Virus record (IMG/VR): IMGVR_UViG_3300020577_013858
Length of the DNA: 64,000 nucleotides
Source: an uncultured virus (IMG/VR IMGVR_UViG_3300020577_013858)
Lineage: Duplodnaviria > Heunggongvirae > Uroviricota > Caudoviricetes
Direction: 5' to 3' (one strand)
Within the stretch, counting starts at the first letter, position 1. Each line of letters opens with the position of its first letter. Of the stretch, positions 55,411 through 64,000 are shown piece by piece. The notes beneath the pieces were generated by a model. That model saw only the letters and a list, made by a program, of their open reading frames with translations, did not search any database and was not told the DNA's origin. The translations under genes were made by a program, and so were the position numbers.

Positions 55411-56426
55411 AGCTCGACGTGAAGCACGCGATCCAGACCCCTCAGGGGTGGGTCATTTGCCCCGAGGTGTTGGTGCAGCGGACGGCGACGTGGGCGGTCT
55501 ACACGGTAGACCTTCGCGGGGTGGATGCGGAAACGATCGAGATCCGAACGAAAGACGGTGGTTACTCTGTCCGTGCGCGTTCTCGCGAAGCGGTGACGCT
55601 GTGTGTCGGCGGAGACCCCTTCTGCGAGGTGCCCGGTGTTTCGTACGAGGTTGAGGTCTCGATTCCGAGCCTTCAGTCGTCGATGGTGTTCCCGCAGTTC
55701 GATCGCGACACGGATAGGCTGTCATTCTCCGTGCAGTGTAACGATACGACGGCGCAAACCGGATTCCCGGTGCCAGTCAACTTCACCGGCCGCCCGCGGC
55801 GTGCCGATGTCCCGGTGCAGGCGATGCCCGTGATGGCGCCTGCCCCCAAACCCAAAAAGGAGCCCTCGAAAATGCCCGAACCGAAAGAACCCTCACTCCG
55901 CGAGCGGGTCGCCGCGCATCCGGTCGTCAAGACCGTCGAGCGCGATGCGGCGGATGCTGCGTGGCGCATGGCAGGTCATCAGCTCGTCAAGCTCGCGCGC
56001 GAGCCTCTCGTCGCGGCTCTGGCGCGGTCGCTCGGACCCGGTGACGAGACGTTCCGCGCGCGTCTCGCGGCGTTCCTCGAAACCGAGCTCGGCGCGACGC
56101 TTCTCACGGCGCTCCTGTCCGTGGGGCTCTCGGCGGTCCCGGCGCTTCCCGGGCTCCCTGCACCGCTCGTGCAGCGGTTGGCCCAAGAACTGCGCGTGAA
56201 GTCGATGGCGGGCGCGGCGGATCTCATCGTCGACGTCGTGATGGGGCCGGTGCGCGAGACGCTCGCGACGTTCGCGGCGGGCGGGCAGATCACCCTCATG
56301 CCGTTTCCCGTGAGCGAAGAGGACGCGCAGATTCCCGCGACGTCGAGCGCGACCCCCGCGGCGTTCGACGGCGGCGCGCGCCCCGAAGCGACGGAGACCG
56401 TGAAGAGGCGTCGTCGTGCAGATTGA
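55407..56426 (+). CDS. Hypothetical protein (339 aa)
   Basis: GTG overlapping upstream stop; beta N-terminus, helical C-terminus. Confidence 0.65.
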   Translation: MKLDVKHAIQTPQGWVICPEVLVQRTATWAVYTVDLRGVDAETIEIRTKDGGYSVRARSREAVTLCVGGDPFCEVPGVSYEVEVSIPSLQSSMVFPQFDRDTDRLSFSVQCNDTTAQTGFPVPVNFTGRPRRADVPVQAMPVMAPAPKPKKEPSKMPEPKEPSLRERVAAHPVVKTVERDAADAAWRMAGHQLVKLAREPLVAALARSLGPGDETFRARLAAFLETELGATLLTALLSVGLSAVPALPGLPAPLVQRLAQELRVKSMAGAADLIVDVVMGPVRETLATFAAGGQITLMPFPVSEEDAQIPATSSATPAAFDGGARPEATETVKRRRRAD

Positions 56427-57432
56427 CCTCTTTCCGCCCGTTCCGCCCAAGCTCGGGCAAGGGGATGGCGCGCGCTTCTCACAGCCCGACCGACATCACC
56501 GTTACGCCCTCTGGCGCACGTGGAGTCATCACGGGCCGCGCGTCGTGTTCGTGATGCTCAACCCGAGCGTGGCGAACGAGAAGGAACCCGACCTCACGCT
56601 CACGAAGTGCTGCGAGTTCGCGCGTCGGTGGGGCTACGGTGGCGTCGTGCTGGTCAACCTCTTCACGTGGGTCGAGACGCAAAGCGAAGAGCTCGTGCGG
56701 CGCGTTCACGCGGGCGAACCCGTGAACGGTCCCGGCGCGGACGCGGCGATCGTCGAGGCCCTTGCGCTGGCAGACCGCATCGTGATCGCGACGGGCGACG
56801 TCCCCTTCGCTCGGGAGCGACTCGCGCACGTGCTCGCGCTGTGCGCGCAACGCCCCGTGCAGTGCCTCGGGCTCACGAAGGCGGGCTTCCCGCGTCACCC
56901 TTCGCGGTTGGGCTATGCGGCGACGCTCATGCCCTTCGACGGCCTTCCCGCGGAGCCCTTCGACGCGCGCGGGCTCACGTTCTGGCGACCGTGGGCGGAG
57001 GCCATCTTTCGGCCCGTGCCGCCCGGGGCGACCGCGCCCCATCCGAAGGACGTCGACAATCGTCCGCGCCCGCCTGGTTTCATGCGCGGCAAGCGCATCG
57101 CCGTTCACACCGCGCAACGCATCCATCACGAGGGCCTGGATTGGCTCCGTCGCACGTTCGGGTATCCCTGGACCGTCGCAGACCTCGCGCACCCGGGCGT
57201 GATCCTCGGGACGGTGCGCGTCGCGGGCACGGTCACCGAGGGCGCGCGCGCGTGGTTCTTCGGGCCGGAATGGAACGGGAAAGAGAACGTCGGTTGGCTC
57301 CTCGACGACGTGCGCCCATTCGCCACGCCCATCCCGTTCACCCCGAGCTTCGCGCGGGGCTTCTGGCGCTTGCCGCCCGACGTGCTCGCGCGCGTCGAGA
57401 TGCAGTATCACCAGCACGGAGAACGCGCGTGA
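56416..57432 (+). CDS. DUF1643 - ASCH domain fusion
   Basis: RYALWRTW, FVMLNPS, VNLF, PRHP; then GLTFWRPWAEAI, KDVDNR, GKRIAVH. Confidence 0.8.
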   Translation: MQIDLFPPVPPKLGQGDGARFSQPDRHHRYALWRTWSHHGPRVVFVMLNPSVANEKEPDLTLTKCCEFARRWGYGGVVLVNLFTWVETQSEELVRRVHAGEPVNGPGADAAIVEALALADRIVIATGDVPFARERLAHVLALCAQRPVQCLGLTKAGFPRHPSRLGYAATLMPFDGLPAEPFDARGLTFWRPWAEAIFRPVPPGATAPHPKDVDNRPRPPGFMRGKRIAVHTAQRIHHEGLDWLRRTFGYPWTVADLAHPGVILGTVRVAGTVTEGARAWFFGPEWNGKENVGWLLDDVRPFATPIPFTPSFARGFWRLPPDVLARVEMQYHQHGERA

Positions 57433-57704
57433 AGCCGTCTGAGGTATGGCTGATCGGTTCGCCCTTCCCGTTGGTTAACACCTTCGGGAGCGTCGAGCGC
57501 GAGTGTGCGGTGGCGATGGTCGTGCGTGCGCTCGCGGCGACCGTCGATCGGTGGGAGCCGATCACGGGCGTGGACATCGCTGCGGTCGTGCGCGCGGACC
57601 TCGCCGAGTCGCGCGAGCCGTGGTTCTCAATCTGTGGCGCGTCGAGTTTCGGCGCGAGGTGCCTTCGCTCGACACGCCCTGACAATCGGGCAGAGGGGCG
57701 TTGA
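57429..57704 (+). CDS. Hypothetical protein (91 aa)
   Basis: GTG overlapping upstream stop. Confidence 0.5.
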   Translation: MKPSEVWLIGSPFPLVNTFGSVERECAVAMVVRALAATVDRWEPITGVDIAAVVRADLAESREPWFSICGASSFGARCLRSTRPDNRAEGR

Positions 57705-57739
57705 CGCGCCCTTTGTTCTTCAATAAAGGTAAACACATC

Positions 57740-58786
57740 GTGCGACCTGTGCTCTTTCTCGACATCGACGGCGTGATGAACTCGCAAGCGCACTACGACC
57801 GTCTCAAGGCCCGCGGCGAACCGACGCCGCCCGCGGGATGGCTCGACCCCGTTCTCGTCGCGCGCGTCAACGAGGTGTGTCGCGTCACCTGTGCAGAGGT
57901 CGTCATCACCTCGTCGTGGCGGACCTGCTACGACAAGGGGGGGCTGGATTTCGTCCGCGCGACGCTGCGTGAAGCGGGCTTCACGGGCGAGGTGATCGAC
58001 GGCACGCCCGACCTGTGCGAGCGCGCCCCCGATGGCTCGCTCCTGCGTGTGGCGGAGACGCGCGGCGACGAGATTCGGCTCTGGTTGGGGGAGAACCCGG
58101 GGCGTGGTCGGTGGGCGGTGGTCGATGACCTCGACCTCGGGATGGACGCCGCGCGACACGTGAGGACGGACCTCGCGCACGGCATCACCGGGGAGAACGC
58201 GGAGGCCCTGGTGTGGGCACTCGGAGGCCCCGTGCCGTGGTCGGTCTGCGTGGTGCGCTACAGCTACAACTCGACCTCGACGCACCCTGAGTTCGAGGAG
58301 CGTCGCATCGTGGACGTGGGGCTCACGCCCGGGGAGGCGTTGCTCGCGGGGATCGTGCTTGTGCCGCCGCACGAACCCGACGATGGGCGTGGGGAGGGGG
58401 AGGTCGTGTTCCTGCGCGTGCTCGGAGCGGGAGGCCGTCAGGCGTCGTCGTTTTTCTTCGTCGAACGCGGGCACCTTCGCATCGTCGCGGACGTGTTCGG
58501 TGACACGCTCGCGAAATGGGCGAGCGAAGAGCTCGCATGGTGCGAGAGCATCCGCGGGTTGGTCGAACTGGCCGCGCGGAACTCGCGCGAGGCGTTCGGA
58601 CACACGAACACGTGGCACGTCGAACCCGTGCAGGGGCTTGGGTGGGTCGCGACGGTGCGGACGGAGCGGGGCGCGCAGGTGTTCCGCGCGGAGAACCCTT
58701 CGCTGCGCAGGTGCCTTGCGGCGCTCCTCCAATTCCTCGCGATGCCCTGGACGGCAAGCGCAGAGGTCGAGCGGGGTGGCGCGTGA
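57740..58786 (+). CDS. HAD-superfamily phosphatase (Swiss-Army-Knife RNA-repair type) with C-terminal extension
   Basis: LFLDIDGVMN, VITSSWR, RGDEIRLWL, VVDD; start uncertain. Confidence 0.8.
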   Translation: MRPVLFLDIDGVMNSQAHYDRLKARGEPTPPAGWLDPVLVARVNEVCRVTCAEVVITSSWRTCYDKGGLDFVRATLREAGFTGEVIDGTPDLCERAPDGSLLRVAETRGDEIRLWLGENPGRGRWAVVDDLDLGMDAARHVRTDLAHGITGENAEALVWALGGPVPWSVCVVRYSYNSTSTHPEFEERRIVDVGLTPGEALLAGIVLVPPHEPDDGRGEGEVVFLRVLGAGGRQASSFFFVERGHLRIVADVFGDTLAKWASEELAWCESIRGLVELAARNSREAFGHTNTWHVEPVQGLGWVATVRTERGAQVFRAENPSLRRCLAALLQFLAMPWTASAEVERGGA

Positions 58787-59232
58787 GAGCCGAACTTCGG
58801 TCCGTGTGCGCGCTCTGCGACGCGGTGTTTCGCAGCGTGGCGGCGGCGGTGCCTCATCATGCTGCGCTGCACGGGGCAGACGGCGTGTTGCGCGCGCTGC
58901 ACGACGCCGCGTTGCGCGGGACCGACCACGTTGCGGTCGTGCGCGCGGCCAACATCCTCTTGAACCTCTGGACGGTGCCGAACGGAAGCCCGCCCCACGA
59001 CCGCGCTGTGTTCTTTCTGTTGCGACTCCTTCGGGAGTCGGCGGTGCTCGTGTCGAAGGAACAATCGCGTCAGTGGACGGGATACGTGCAACTCGTCAAG
59101 ACGGCGGCGGCCAGTGCGCTCTGGCACCTCGGGCCGGGCGGTCCGGGGAGCGGGCGCGCGGCGGCCGATCGTGTGGAGGTGTTTTGGCGGGAAGGGTTGG
59201 AGGATACTTCGAGGCAGGGAGAAGGGCGATGA
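58783..59232 (+). CDS. Hypothetical protein (149 aa)
   Basis: CALC near N-terminus; coupled to neighbours. Confidence 0.55.
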   Translation: MRAELRSVCALCDAVFRSVAAAVPHHAALHGADGVLRALHDAALRGTDHVAVVRAANILLNLWTVPNGSPPHDRAVFFLLRLLRESAVLVSKEQSRQWTGYVQLVKTAAASALWHLGPGGPGSGRAAADRVEVFWREGLEDTSRQGEGR

Positions 59233-60065
59233 AGGTGATGCAGGTGGTGAACGGGGAAGCGACGCTCACGCCCGAGGCCCACGGGGCGACCACGCAGGGC
59301 AAGCGGGCGCGGCCGAAGACGCTCAACGTCAATCGGCTCTCCAAAAAAGCGCTCGACGAGGGCGCGATGGACACGAGTTGGTACGACCGTCGCGCGCACG
59401 CCCCGACGACCTACGGAGAGTGCGTGTCGCGGGGTCTCGGCACGCGCGACCCGTGTCCGTTCGTGAGTTGCAAGCATCACCTGCAACTGTCGGTCACGGA
59501 GGTCGGCTCCATTCACTTCGTGTGGCCCGACCGAGACGTCGACGCGATGCCGGGCACGTGCTCGCTCGCGCTCGGCGCACGCGGCGGCATGAAGCTCGAC
59601 GAGATCGCCGCGCACACCAACCTCACCAAAGAGGGCGTGCGCAGGATGCTCGCCAAGGCCGTCGCGAAGATCCTCGCGCGGCTCATGGGCGTGAACGTCG
59701 CGCGGGTCGAGCGCCTGCTTCGTTCGGCGCGGCTCTCCGAGTCGGCCCCGTGGGGAATGTCGCCCGCGCGCAAGGTCGCCCGCGACGCGGCGCGATCCGA
59801 ACTGTGGATGATGATTCGTCGCGCGAAACTTCGCTTGCCGCCCGAGCAAGCCGCACTCCTCGCGCAGCTTCCGGCGATCGTGTCCGCTGCACGCGCAGAG
59901 GATCTTGACGCGGGGCCACCGCGCGACGCGGATGGCGCGCAGGTGTCGCCCATCCCGCGGGTCGTGCGCTGCGCGCCGAAGGCCGACAACTTCGCGTCGT
60001 ATTACACCCCGAAAGAGCCCCTCAACCCCATGCTCGACCCCCGGCGCTATCGCCGCGCAGGTTGA
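59229..60065 (+). CDS. Cys-cluster plus sigma70 region-4-like HTH protein
   Basis: PCPFVSCKHHL...TCSL...GGMKLDEIAAHTNLTKEGVRRM. Confidence 0.75.
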   Translation: MKVMQVVNGEATLTPEAHGATTQGKRARPKTLNVNRLSKKALDEGAMDTSWYDRRAHAPTTYGECVSRGLGTRDPCPFVSCKHHLQLSVTEVGSIHFVWPDRDVDAMPGTCSLALGARGGMKLDEIAAHTNLTKEGVRRMLAKAVAKILARLMGVNVARVERLLRSARLSESAPWGMSPARKVARDAARSELWMMIRRAKLRLPPEQAALLAQLPAIVSAARAEDLDAGPPRDADGAQVSPIPRVVRCAPKADNFASYYTPKEPLNPMLDPRRYRRAG

Positions 60066-60076
60066 ACGGAGATGAC

Positions 60077-61249
60077 ATGACCTCTAGGATTGAATGGACA
60101 TTCGACGGCAAAGTGTGGCCCGTCACGCGGGGCTGCGAACTCGAATCGCCCGGGTGTCTCTTCTGCTATGCGATGCGCGACGGCGCGCGCTTCGTGAAGG
60201 GCTACAACGCGGGTTACATCGAACTGCGTGAGCGCGAGCTGCGCGTGTCGCCCACGGAGAAGATCACGAAGAGACTCCCGGTGTGGACGGGCAAGGTCTC
60301 GACGTTGGAGCGGAACCTCACGATGCCGTTCGGGTGGAGAAACCCGGTGTCGGTGTTCGTGAACTCGACCTCGGATCTCTTCCATCCCGAGGTGCCCGGC
60401 GACTTCATCGGGGCCGTGCTCGGTGTGATCGCCGTCACGCGCGAGCACAAGTACATGATCCTCACGAAGCGCGACGAGGGGCTCGCACACTGGTTCGAGC
60501 AGTTCCTCCGCGCGCCCTACTTCGGCTCCGTGGCGAAGCTCCTCCAAGAGACGGCCCGAAAGATCGAGGCCGCGGGGCTCATGACCCGAGCCATTCGCAA
60601 GCGCCTGGACAGCGCGATCAACCTCGCGCTTCGGGATCTTCTCCGCTGGCCGCTCGACAACCTCATCGTGGGCGTGTCCGCCGAGAATCAGCACTACGCC
60701 GACCGGCGCATCCCGAACCTTCTCCGTGTCCCGGGGATGCGATTCGTGTCGATTGAGCCGCAACTCGACGCGATCGACCTCCGCCCGTACCTGTTCGGCG
60801 GGGCGTGCGCGCACTGCGGCCAGGTGCGTGTGCGACGGGAGCAAATCGAGCTCTGCATGTCGTGCGGCACGTGGGTTCCCTGCCCCGAGTCCCGTGAGCT
60901 GCACTGGATCATCGTCGGTGGCGAGTCGGGCATTCCGGGGCAGACCGCGAGGCCCTATCACCTCGCGTGGGCGCGTGAGATCGTGCGCGCGTGTCGCGGG
61001 GCGCGCGTCCCGGTGTTCGTGAAGCAACTCGGGCGCTATCCTCGCGTCGCGGAGACGTCGGAGTTCCTGCGCGCCGTGGGTCCGTCGATGTCCAACGTCG
61101 GGCTCATCACCATGCAAGACGGCGAGAAGCCGTCGCTGATGCTCAACCACCTGCGCGGGGGCGACATGGGCGAATGGCCCTTTGACCTTCGCGTGCGCCA
61201 GTCCCCGCGTTGGCCGGGTGACAGTGATTCGCGTTTGGAGAGACCATGA
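60077..61249 (+). CDS. DUF5131 (phage Gp37/Gp68) family protein
   Basis: SRIEWT, GC...SPGCLFCYA, VFVNSTSDLFH, ILTKR, GVSAENQ, FVSIEP, WIIVGGESG, VFVKQLG. Confidence 0.92.
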   Translation: MTSRIEWTFDGKVWPVTRGCELESPGCLFCYAMRDGARFVKGYNAGYIELRERELRVSPTEKITKRLPVWTGKVSTLERNLTMPFGWRNPVSVFVNSTSDLFHPEVPGDFIGAVLGVIAVTREHKYMILTKRDEGLAHWFEQFLRAPYFGSVAKLLQETARKIEAAGLMTRAIRKRLDSAINLALRDLLRWPLDNLIVGVSAENQHYADRRIPNLLRVPGMRFVSIEPQLDAIDLRPYLFGGACAHCGQVRVRREQIELCMSCGTWVPCPESRELHWIIVGGESGIPGQTARPYHLAWAREIVRACRGARVPVFVKQLGRYPRVAETSEFLRAVGPSMSNVGLITMQDGEKPSLMLNHLRGGDMGEWPFDLRVRQSPRWPGDSDSRLERP

Positions 61250-61440
61250 CGTTCAAAACCCTTCCCTCGGTTCGTGTCGCCCGTGTCGTCCGCACCTCGT
61301 CGAAGCGTTGCATCGTCACGTTCGAGGGTGACGCGGACGCGATCACGGCCTACGTCAACGGCGAGACGCTCGACAAGGCGGGGTCGTTTACGCTCGAACT
61401 CACGCGCGAGACGGGTGCGACACGCGGAGCAAAGCGATGA
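61246..61440 (+). CDS. Hypothetical protein (64 aa)
   Basis: GGAG upstream; coupled. Confidence 0.55.
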   Translation: MTFKTLPSVRVARVVRTSSKRCIVTFEGDADAITAYVNGETLDKAGSFTLELTRETGATRGAKR

Positions 61441-61847
61441 CCATGCAGAACGAAGACGCCGCGCGCCTCGCGCTCCTCGAAACCGCCGTGCGCCTCGCCG
61501 CGCAGGCGTACAACGCCGTGGTCGGCGGACGGAGACGCCCCCTTCACGAGTTCCACATGGCCTACGACACCCACGACGACGGCACCGTGTCGGCGGGTGT
61601 GAAGGTCAGTGGAAACGGCGCGGGCATGTGGGGGGTGCCGAGCGACGGGAAGATTCGCGCGCTTCACGCCTGCGAGTCGGCCATTTCTACGTACATCGCG
61701 CAGCACATCGCGATGCTCAAAGCGGACAAGACCGCGATCGAGCGGCGCATCGAACTTCTCGAACGAGCGAACGCGACGGTGCAGTCGCTCATGCGTGAAG
61801 AACAGGCATTTTACGAGTGCGTGAAGTGCGCGCAGGAGAAGTCATGA
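61437..61847 (+). CDS. Hypothetical protein with coiled coil (136 aa)
   Basis: Coupled ORF. Confidence 0.6.
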   Translation: MTMQNEDAARLALLETAVRLAAQAYNAVVGGRRRPLHEFHMAYDTHDDGTVSAGVKVSGNGAGMWGVPSDGKIRALHACESAISTYIAQHIAMLKADKTAIERRIELLERANATVQSLMREEQAFYECVKCAQEKS

Positions 61848-62305
61848 ACACGAGACCTCTGCGTCGTGTCGCGGTCGGCGACGAGTTCATGGTGTCCCGT
61901 GACGTGCGCCCCGGTGGCATGTTCGAGTTTCAGGTGTGGGTCGTCGAAGATGGCACGGGCAGCATCGTGTGGGATCGAACGAACTTCGGGGACACCCCTT
62001 CTCGGTGGCGGCGACTCGGGGCTGCGCGGCGTGCGGATGCACCCGACGAAGAACTGGCGGCGGTGTTCGTCGAAGAGCAGCAACTCGCGGTGCGGCTCAT
62101 CGCGCAGGTGTTCCCGATCACCGCGCAGTCGCCCGCCGAGAACGGCGCGATTCGTATGCCGTGCCCCGCGCTGCAACCGCTTCTGAACCACCGCGCGCGA
62201 TTGGTTGCGGCGCTCGCCGCACTCGACCGTCGTATTGACGCGGTGTCCGACGATGAAGAGGCCACGTTCCGTCGTGCCTTCGAGGAGGAGGATCTCACGC
62301 CATGA
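61844..62305 (+). CDS. Hypothetical protein (153 aa)
   Basis: AGGAG RBS; coupled. Confidence 0.6.
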   Translation: MNTRPLRRVAVGDEFMVSRDVRPGGMFEFQVWVVEDGTGSIVWDRTNFGDTPSRWRRLGAARRADAPDEELAAVFVEEQQLAVRLIAQVFPITAQSPAENGAIRMPCPALQPLLNHRARLVAALAALDRRIDAVSDDEEATFRRAFEEEDLTP

Positions 62306-62505
62306 ACAACGTTTACGACTGGAAAGGCACGCTCGGTTCGGTGACGGATCTCGTCCGAGAGACGACCACGCTCGTCAAAGAAATGACCGTCGCTGTGTCT
62401 GAACTCCGTAAGGCCGCGATGGCCGCGACGGAGGCATTCAAGGCCATGGAATACGCCGAGACAAAGAGGGGCTATCTCTACGAACTTCAGATCAAAGACA
62501 GATAG
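62302..62505 (+). CDS. Hypothetical protein (67 aa)
   Basis: GGAGG RBS. Confidence 0.6.
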   Translation: MNNVYDWKGTLGSVTDLVRETTTLVKEMTVAVSELRKAAMAATEAFKAMEYAETKRGYLYELQIKDR

Positions 62506-62515
62506 GATAGGGTCG

Positions 62516-63184
62516 ATGAAACTTCGGGATACAGCGCTCGTCGCGTTTCTTTCGCCGCACATCGAGTATGGCGAGACAATCGTGTGCCTTCGGTGTCGTC
62601 GCGTCTACGATTCCCTCGACGTTGCGCCCGCAATTTGCGAGTGCGGCGTGCGTCTGACGCCTCCCGAGCGCGATGGCGACTTCTCCGCGCGACCCGTGTG
62701 CCTGAACTGTGCGGACCGACTCCGCACGTCGGGTGACCCCGCGCACGACGACTGCGTGATTCGGGTTCGTCGCAACGACCTGGCCGTGTCCCCCGTGCTC
62801 GCGCAATTCGTCGCGCGGGCGGCTCACTTCGGCTGGTCGGCGCGCGGGCCGCGCGCGTTCGAGCAGACCATCCGCAACCCCGATGGCACGCTCTCCGTGC
62901 AGCGTGGGTTTCGTCTGAGCTTTTTTAGCGAGCATGACGGCATTCGGCGACTCGCGGTCACCGGAGAGACGATGGCGGCGTTGGATCACGCGCTCGTGTC
63001 GGAATTTGATCCCGCGGTGCAGCGGTGGGTCGTCGAAGAAACGGCCGCCGTGGATGATCTCACGGCGCAAATTCGCAGGCTCATGGGGCTGCGCGATCGT
63101 GCGGCCGAACGGGTGACCCGAGCGACGGGAGGGGTCGCGGAGGGTGCTTCGCGCGACTCCCAGGAATCGCATGAGGTGCGGTAG
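62516..63184 (+). CDS. Cys-rich (zinc-finger-like) protein (222 aa)
   Basis: CLRC, CEC, CLNC. Confidence 0.6.
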   Translation: MKLRDTALVAFLSPHIEYGETIVCLRCRRVYDSLDVAPAICECGVRLTPPERDGDFSARPVCLNCADRLRTSGDPAHDDCVIRVRRNDLAVSPVLAQFVARAAHFGWSARGPRAFEQTIRNPDGTLSVQRGFRLSFFSEHDGIRRLAVTGETMAALDHALVSEFDPAVQRWVVEETAAVDDLTAQIRRLMGLRDRAAERVTRATGGVAEGASRDSQESHEVR

Positions 63185-63193
63185 AATCGCCCT

Positions 63194-63760
63194 GTGAGAC
63201 GGACGAAAACCGAGCAGGAGGCCCTTTCGCTCCTGCGGCGTTACAAGCGCGACCGCATCGATTTCGCCATCTACCACGCCATTCAAATCGCGCGCGCGAG
63301 CGGCTCGGTGGACTCGACCCGCCTGCACGCGCGCCTCGTCGAACTCGGGGTCGTGGCCGCCGTGCGCGAGGCCAAGGGCGCCGCCGAGCTGCGATGGTAT
63401 GGGGCGGTGTTCACCTGCGGGCTCTTCAAGCAGACCGGGGAGTTTGTCTCCACCGCGAACCCTGGACGGGGTGTCCACCGCGGGCGGCACGCGAACGTGT
63501 GGCGACTCCGCCCCGACGCCGATCTCGCGCCCTACGCGACGGAGCCCCCCAGGCCCGCGCCGATCGACGAGGCCACGTCGCTCGCCGCAACACCCCGCAA
63601 CACCCCGCAACACCCCGCAACGCCCCTCCCGTTCGAGCCGGGGGCCGCGCTTCGGGAGATCACCTACCTCGACCGCGTGGCGACGCTGCACGGGGAAAAG
63701 CCGTCGCCGAACGTCGAGCGGCTCAAGGCGTGGCTCGAATCGCTCGTGCCGACGAACTGA
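63194..63760 (+). CDS. Hypothetical, possibly winged-helix protein (188 aa) carrying iteron-like repeats
   Basis: ORF track; helix-rich N-terminus ending in a beta hairpin (ANVWRL). Confidence 0.6.
   Translation: MRRTKTEQEALSLLRRYKRDRIDFAIYHAIQIARASGSVDSTRLHARLVELGVVAAVREAKGAAELRWYGAVFTCGLFKQTGEFVSTANPGRGVHRGRHANVWRLRPDADLAPYATEPPRPAPIDEATSLAATPRNTPQHPATPLPFEPGAALREITYLDRVATLHGEKPSPNVERLKAWLESLVPTN
63587..63626 (+). repeat. Second iteron-like cluster GCAACACCCC x3 + GCAACGCCCC
   Basis: Reverse complement of the GGGGTGTTGC unit at 11694-11744. Confidence 0.9.
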
Positions 63761-63765
63761 CCCCC

Positions 63766-63782
63766 CTGCGAAGGCTTCGCAG
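63766..63782. repeat. Dispersed palindrome copy 8 (CTGCGAAGGCTTCGCAG), intergenic
   Basis: 5 bp after a stop codon. Confidence 0.9.
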
Positions 63783-64000
63783 CGGAATCGCCGGATTTCC
63801 GAGCCGTTCGAGAAAAGATAGATTGCACGTCGTTTTTGTTGGCGTGCGCTCTGGAACGGTTTACCTTTTCTTCGACGGCGAGAACCCGAACAGGAGATTT
63901 ACCGATGCGCTCGCACGGTCGGAGGCGGAGTCGCAGAGTGCGGTGGAGTATTACCTCGAACACGGCGAGCATCCCGTGCCCGAGCGTTGGCGCGAGGTGT

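Noticed and set aside
63839..63867. Promoter-like TTGGCG-N17-TACCTT
   Set aside because: Overlaps a plausible open frame running off the window end (from about 63823); cannot decide between promoter and coding

Overview
This window is very GC-rich (about 70% by eye), gene-dense and entirely mobile-element or viral in character; I see no host housekeeping genes. It reads as most of a temperate virus or plasmid-prophage, probably of a myxobacterium (host is inference). (1) 170-13190, minus strand: small accessory genes, a Fis-type HTH protein, a PP2C phosphatase, a ParB-like protein and a probable replication initiator with an internal iteron origin. (2) 13195-27757, minus strand: a morphogenesis block with an FtsK/HerA (P9/A32-type) packaging ATPase, a jelly-roll-type major capsid candidate, a penton-like protein, more than a dozen membrane proteins and a membrane-anchored phosphodiester glycosidase. 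I found no terminase, portal, HK97 capsid or tail genes, which points to a tailless, membrane-containing (Varidnaviria-like) virion. (3) 28075-46707, plus strand: an 18.6-kb operon of three giant polyvalent proteins (Acb1-like 2H phosphoesterase plus kinase; a 2637-aa unknown; a DarB-like adenine methylase-SNF2 helicase), bracketed by two Fis-type HTH genes. (4) An initiator-type tRNA-Met(CAT) carrying an atypical C1:G72 pair. (5) 47221-63760: lipoprotein, possible spike/lysis genes, receiver domain, DnaC-like loader, XRE regulator, annealing recombinase, tandem dsRNA-binding protein, DUF1643-ASCH, HAD, sigma region-4 and DUF5131 genes. Non-coding signals include a 13-bp palindrome GCGAAG(G/C)CTTCGC dispersed 7-8 times, a second distant iteron cluster, and several apparently leaderless sigma70-type promoters. 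All product calls come from reading motifs by eye; no searches were run.
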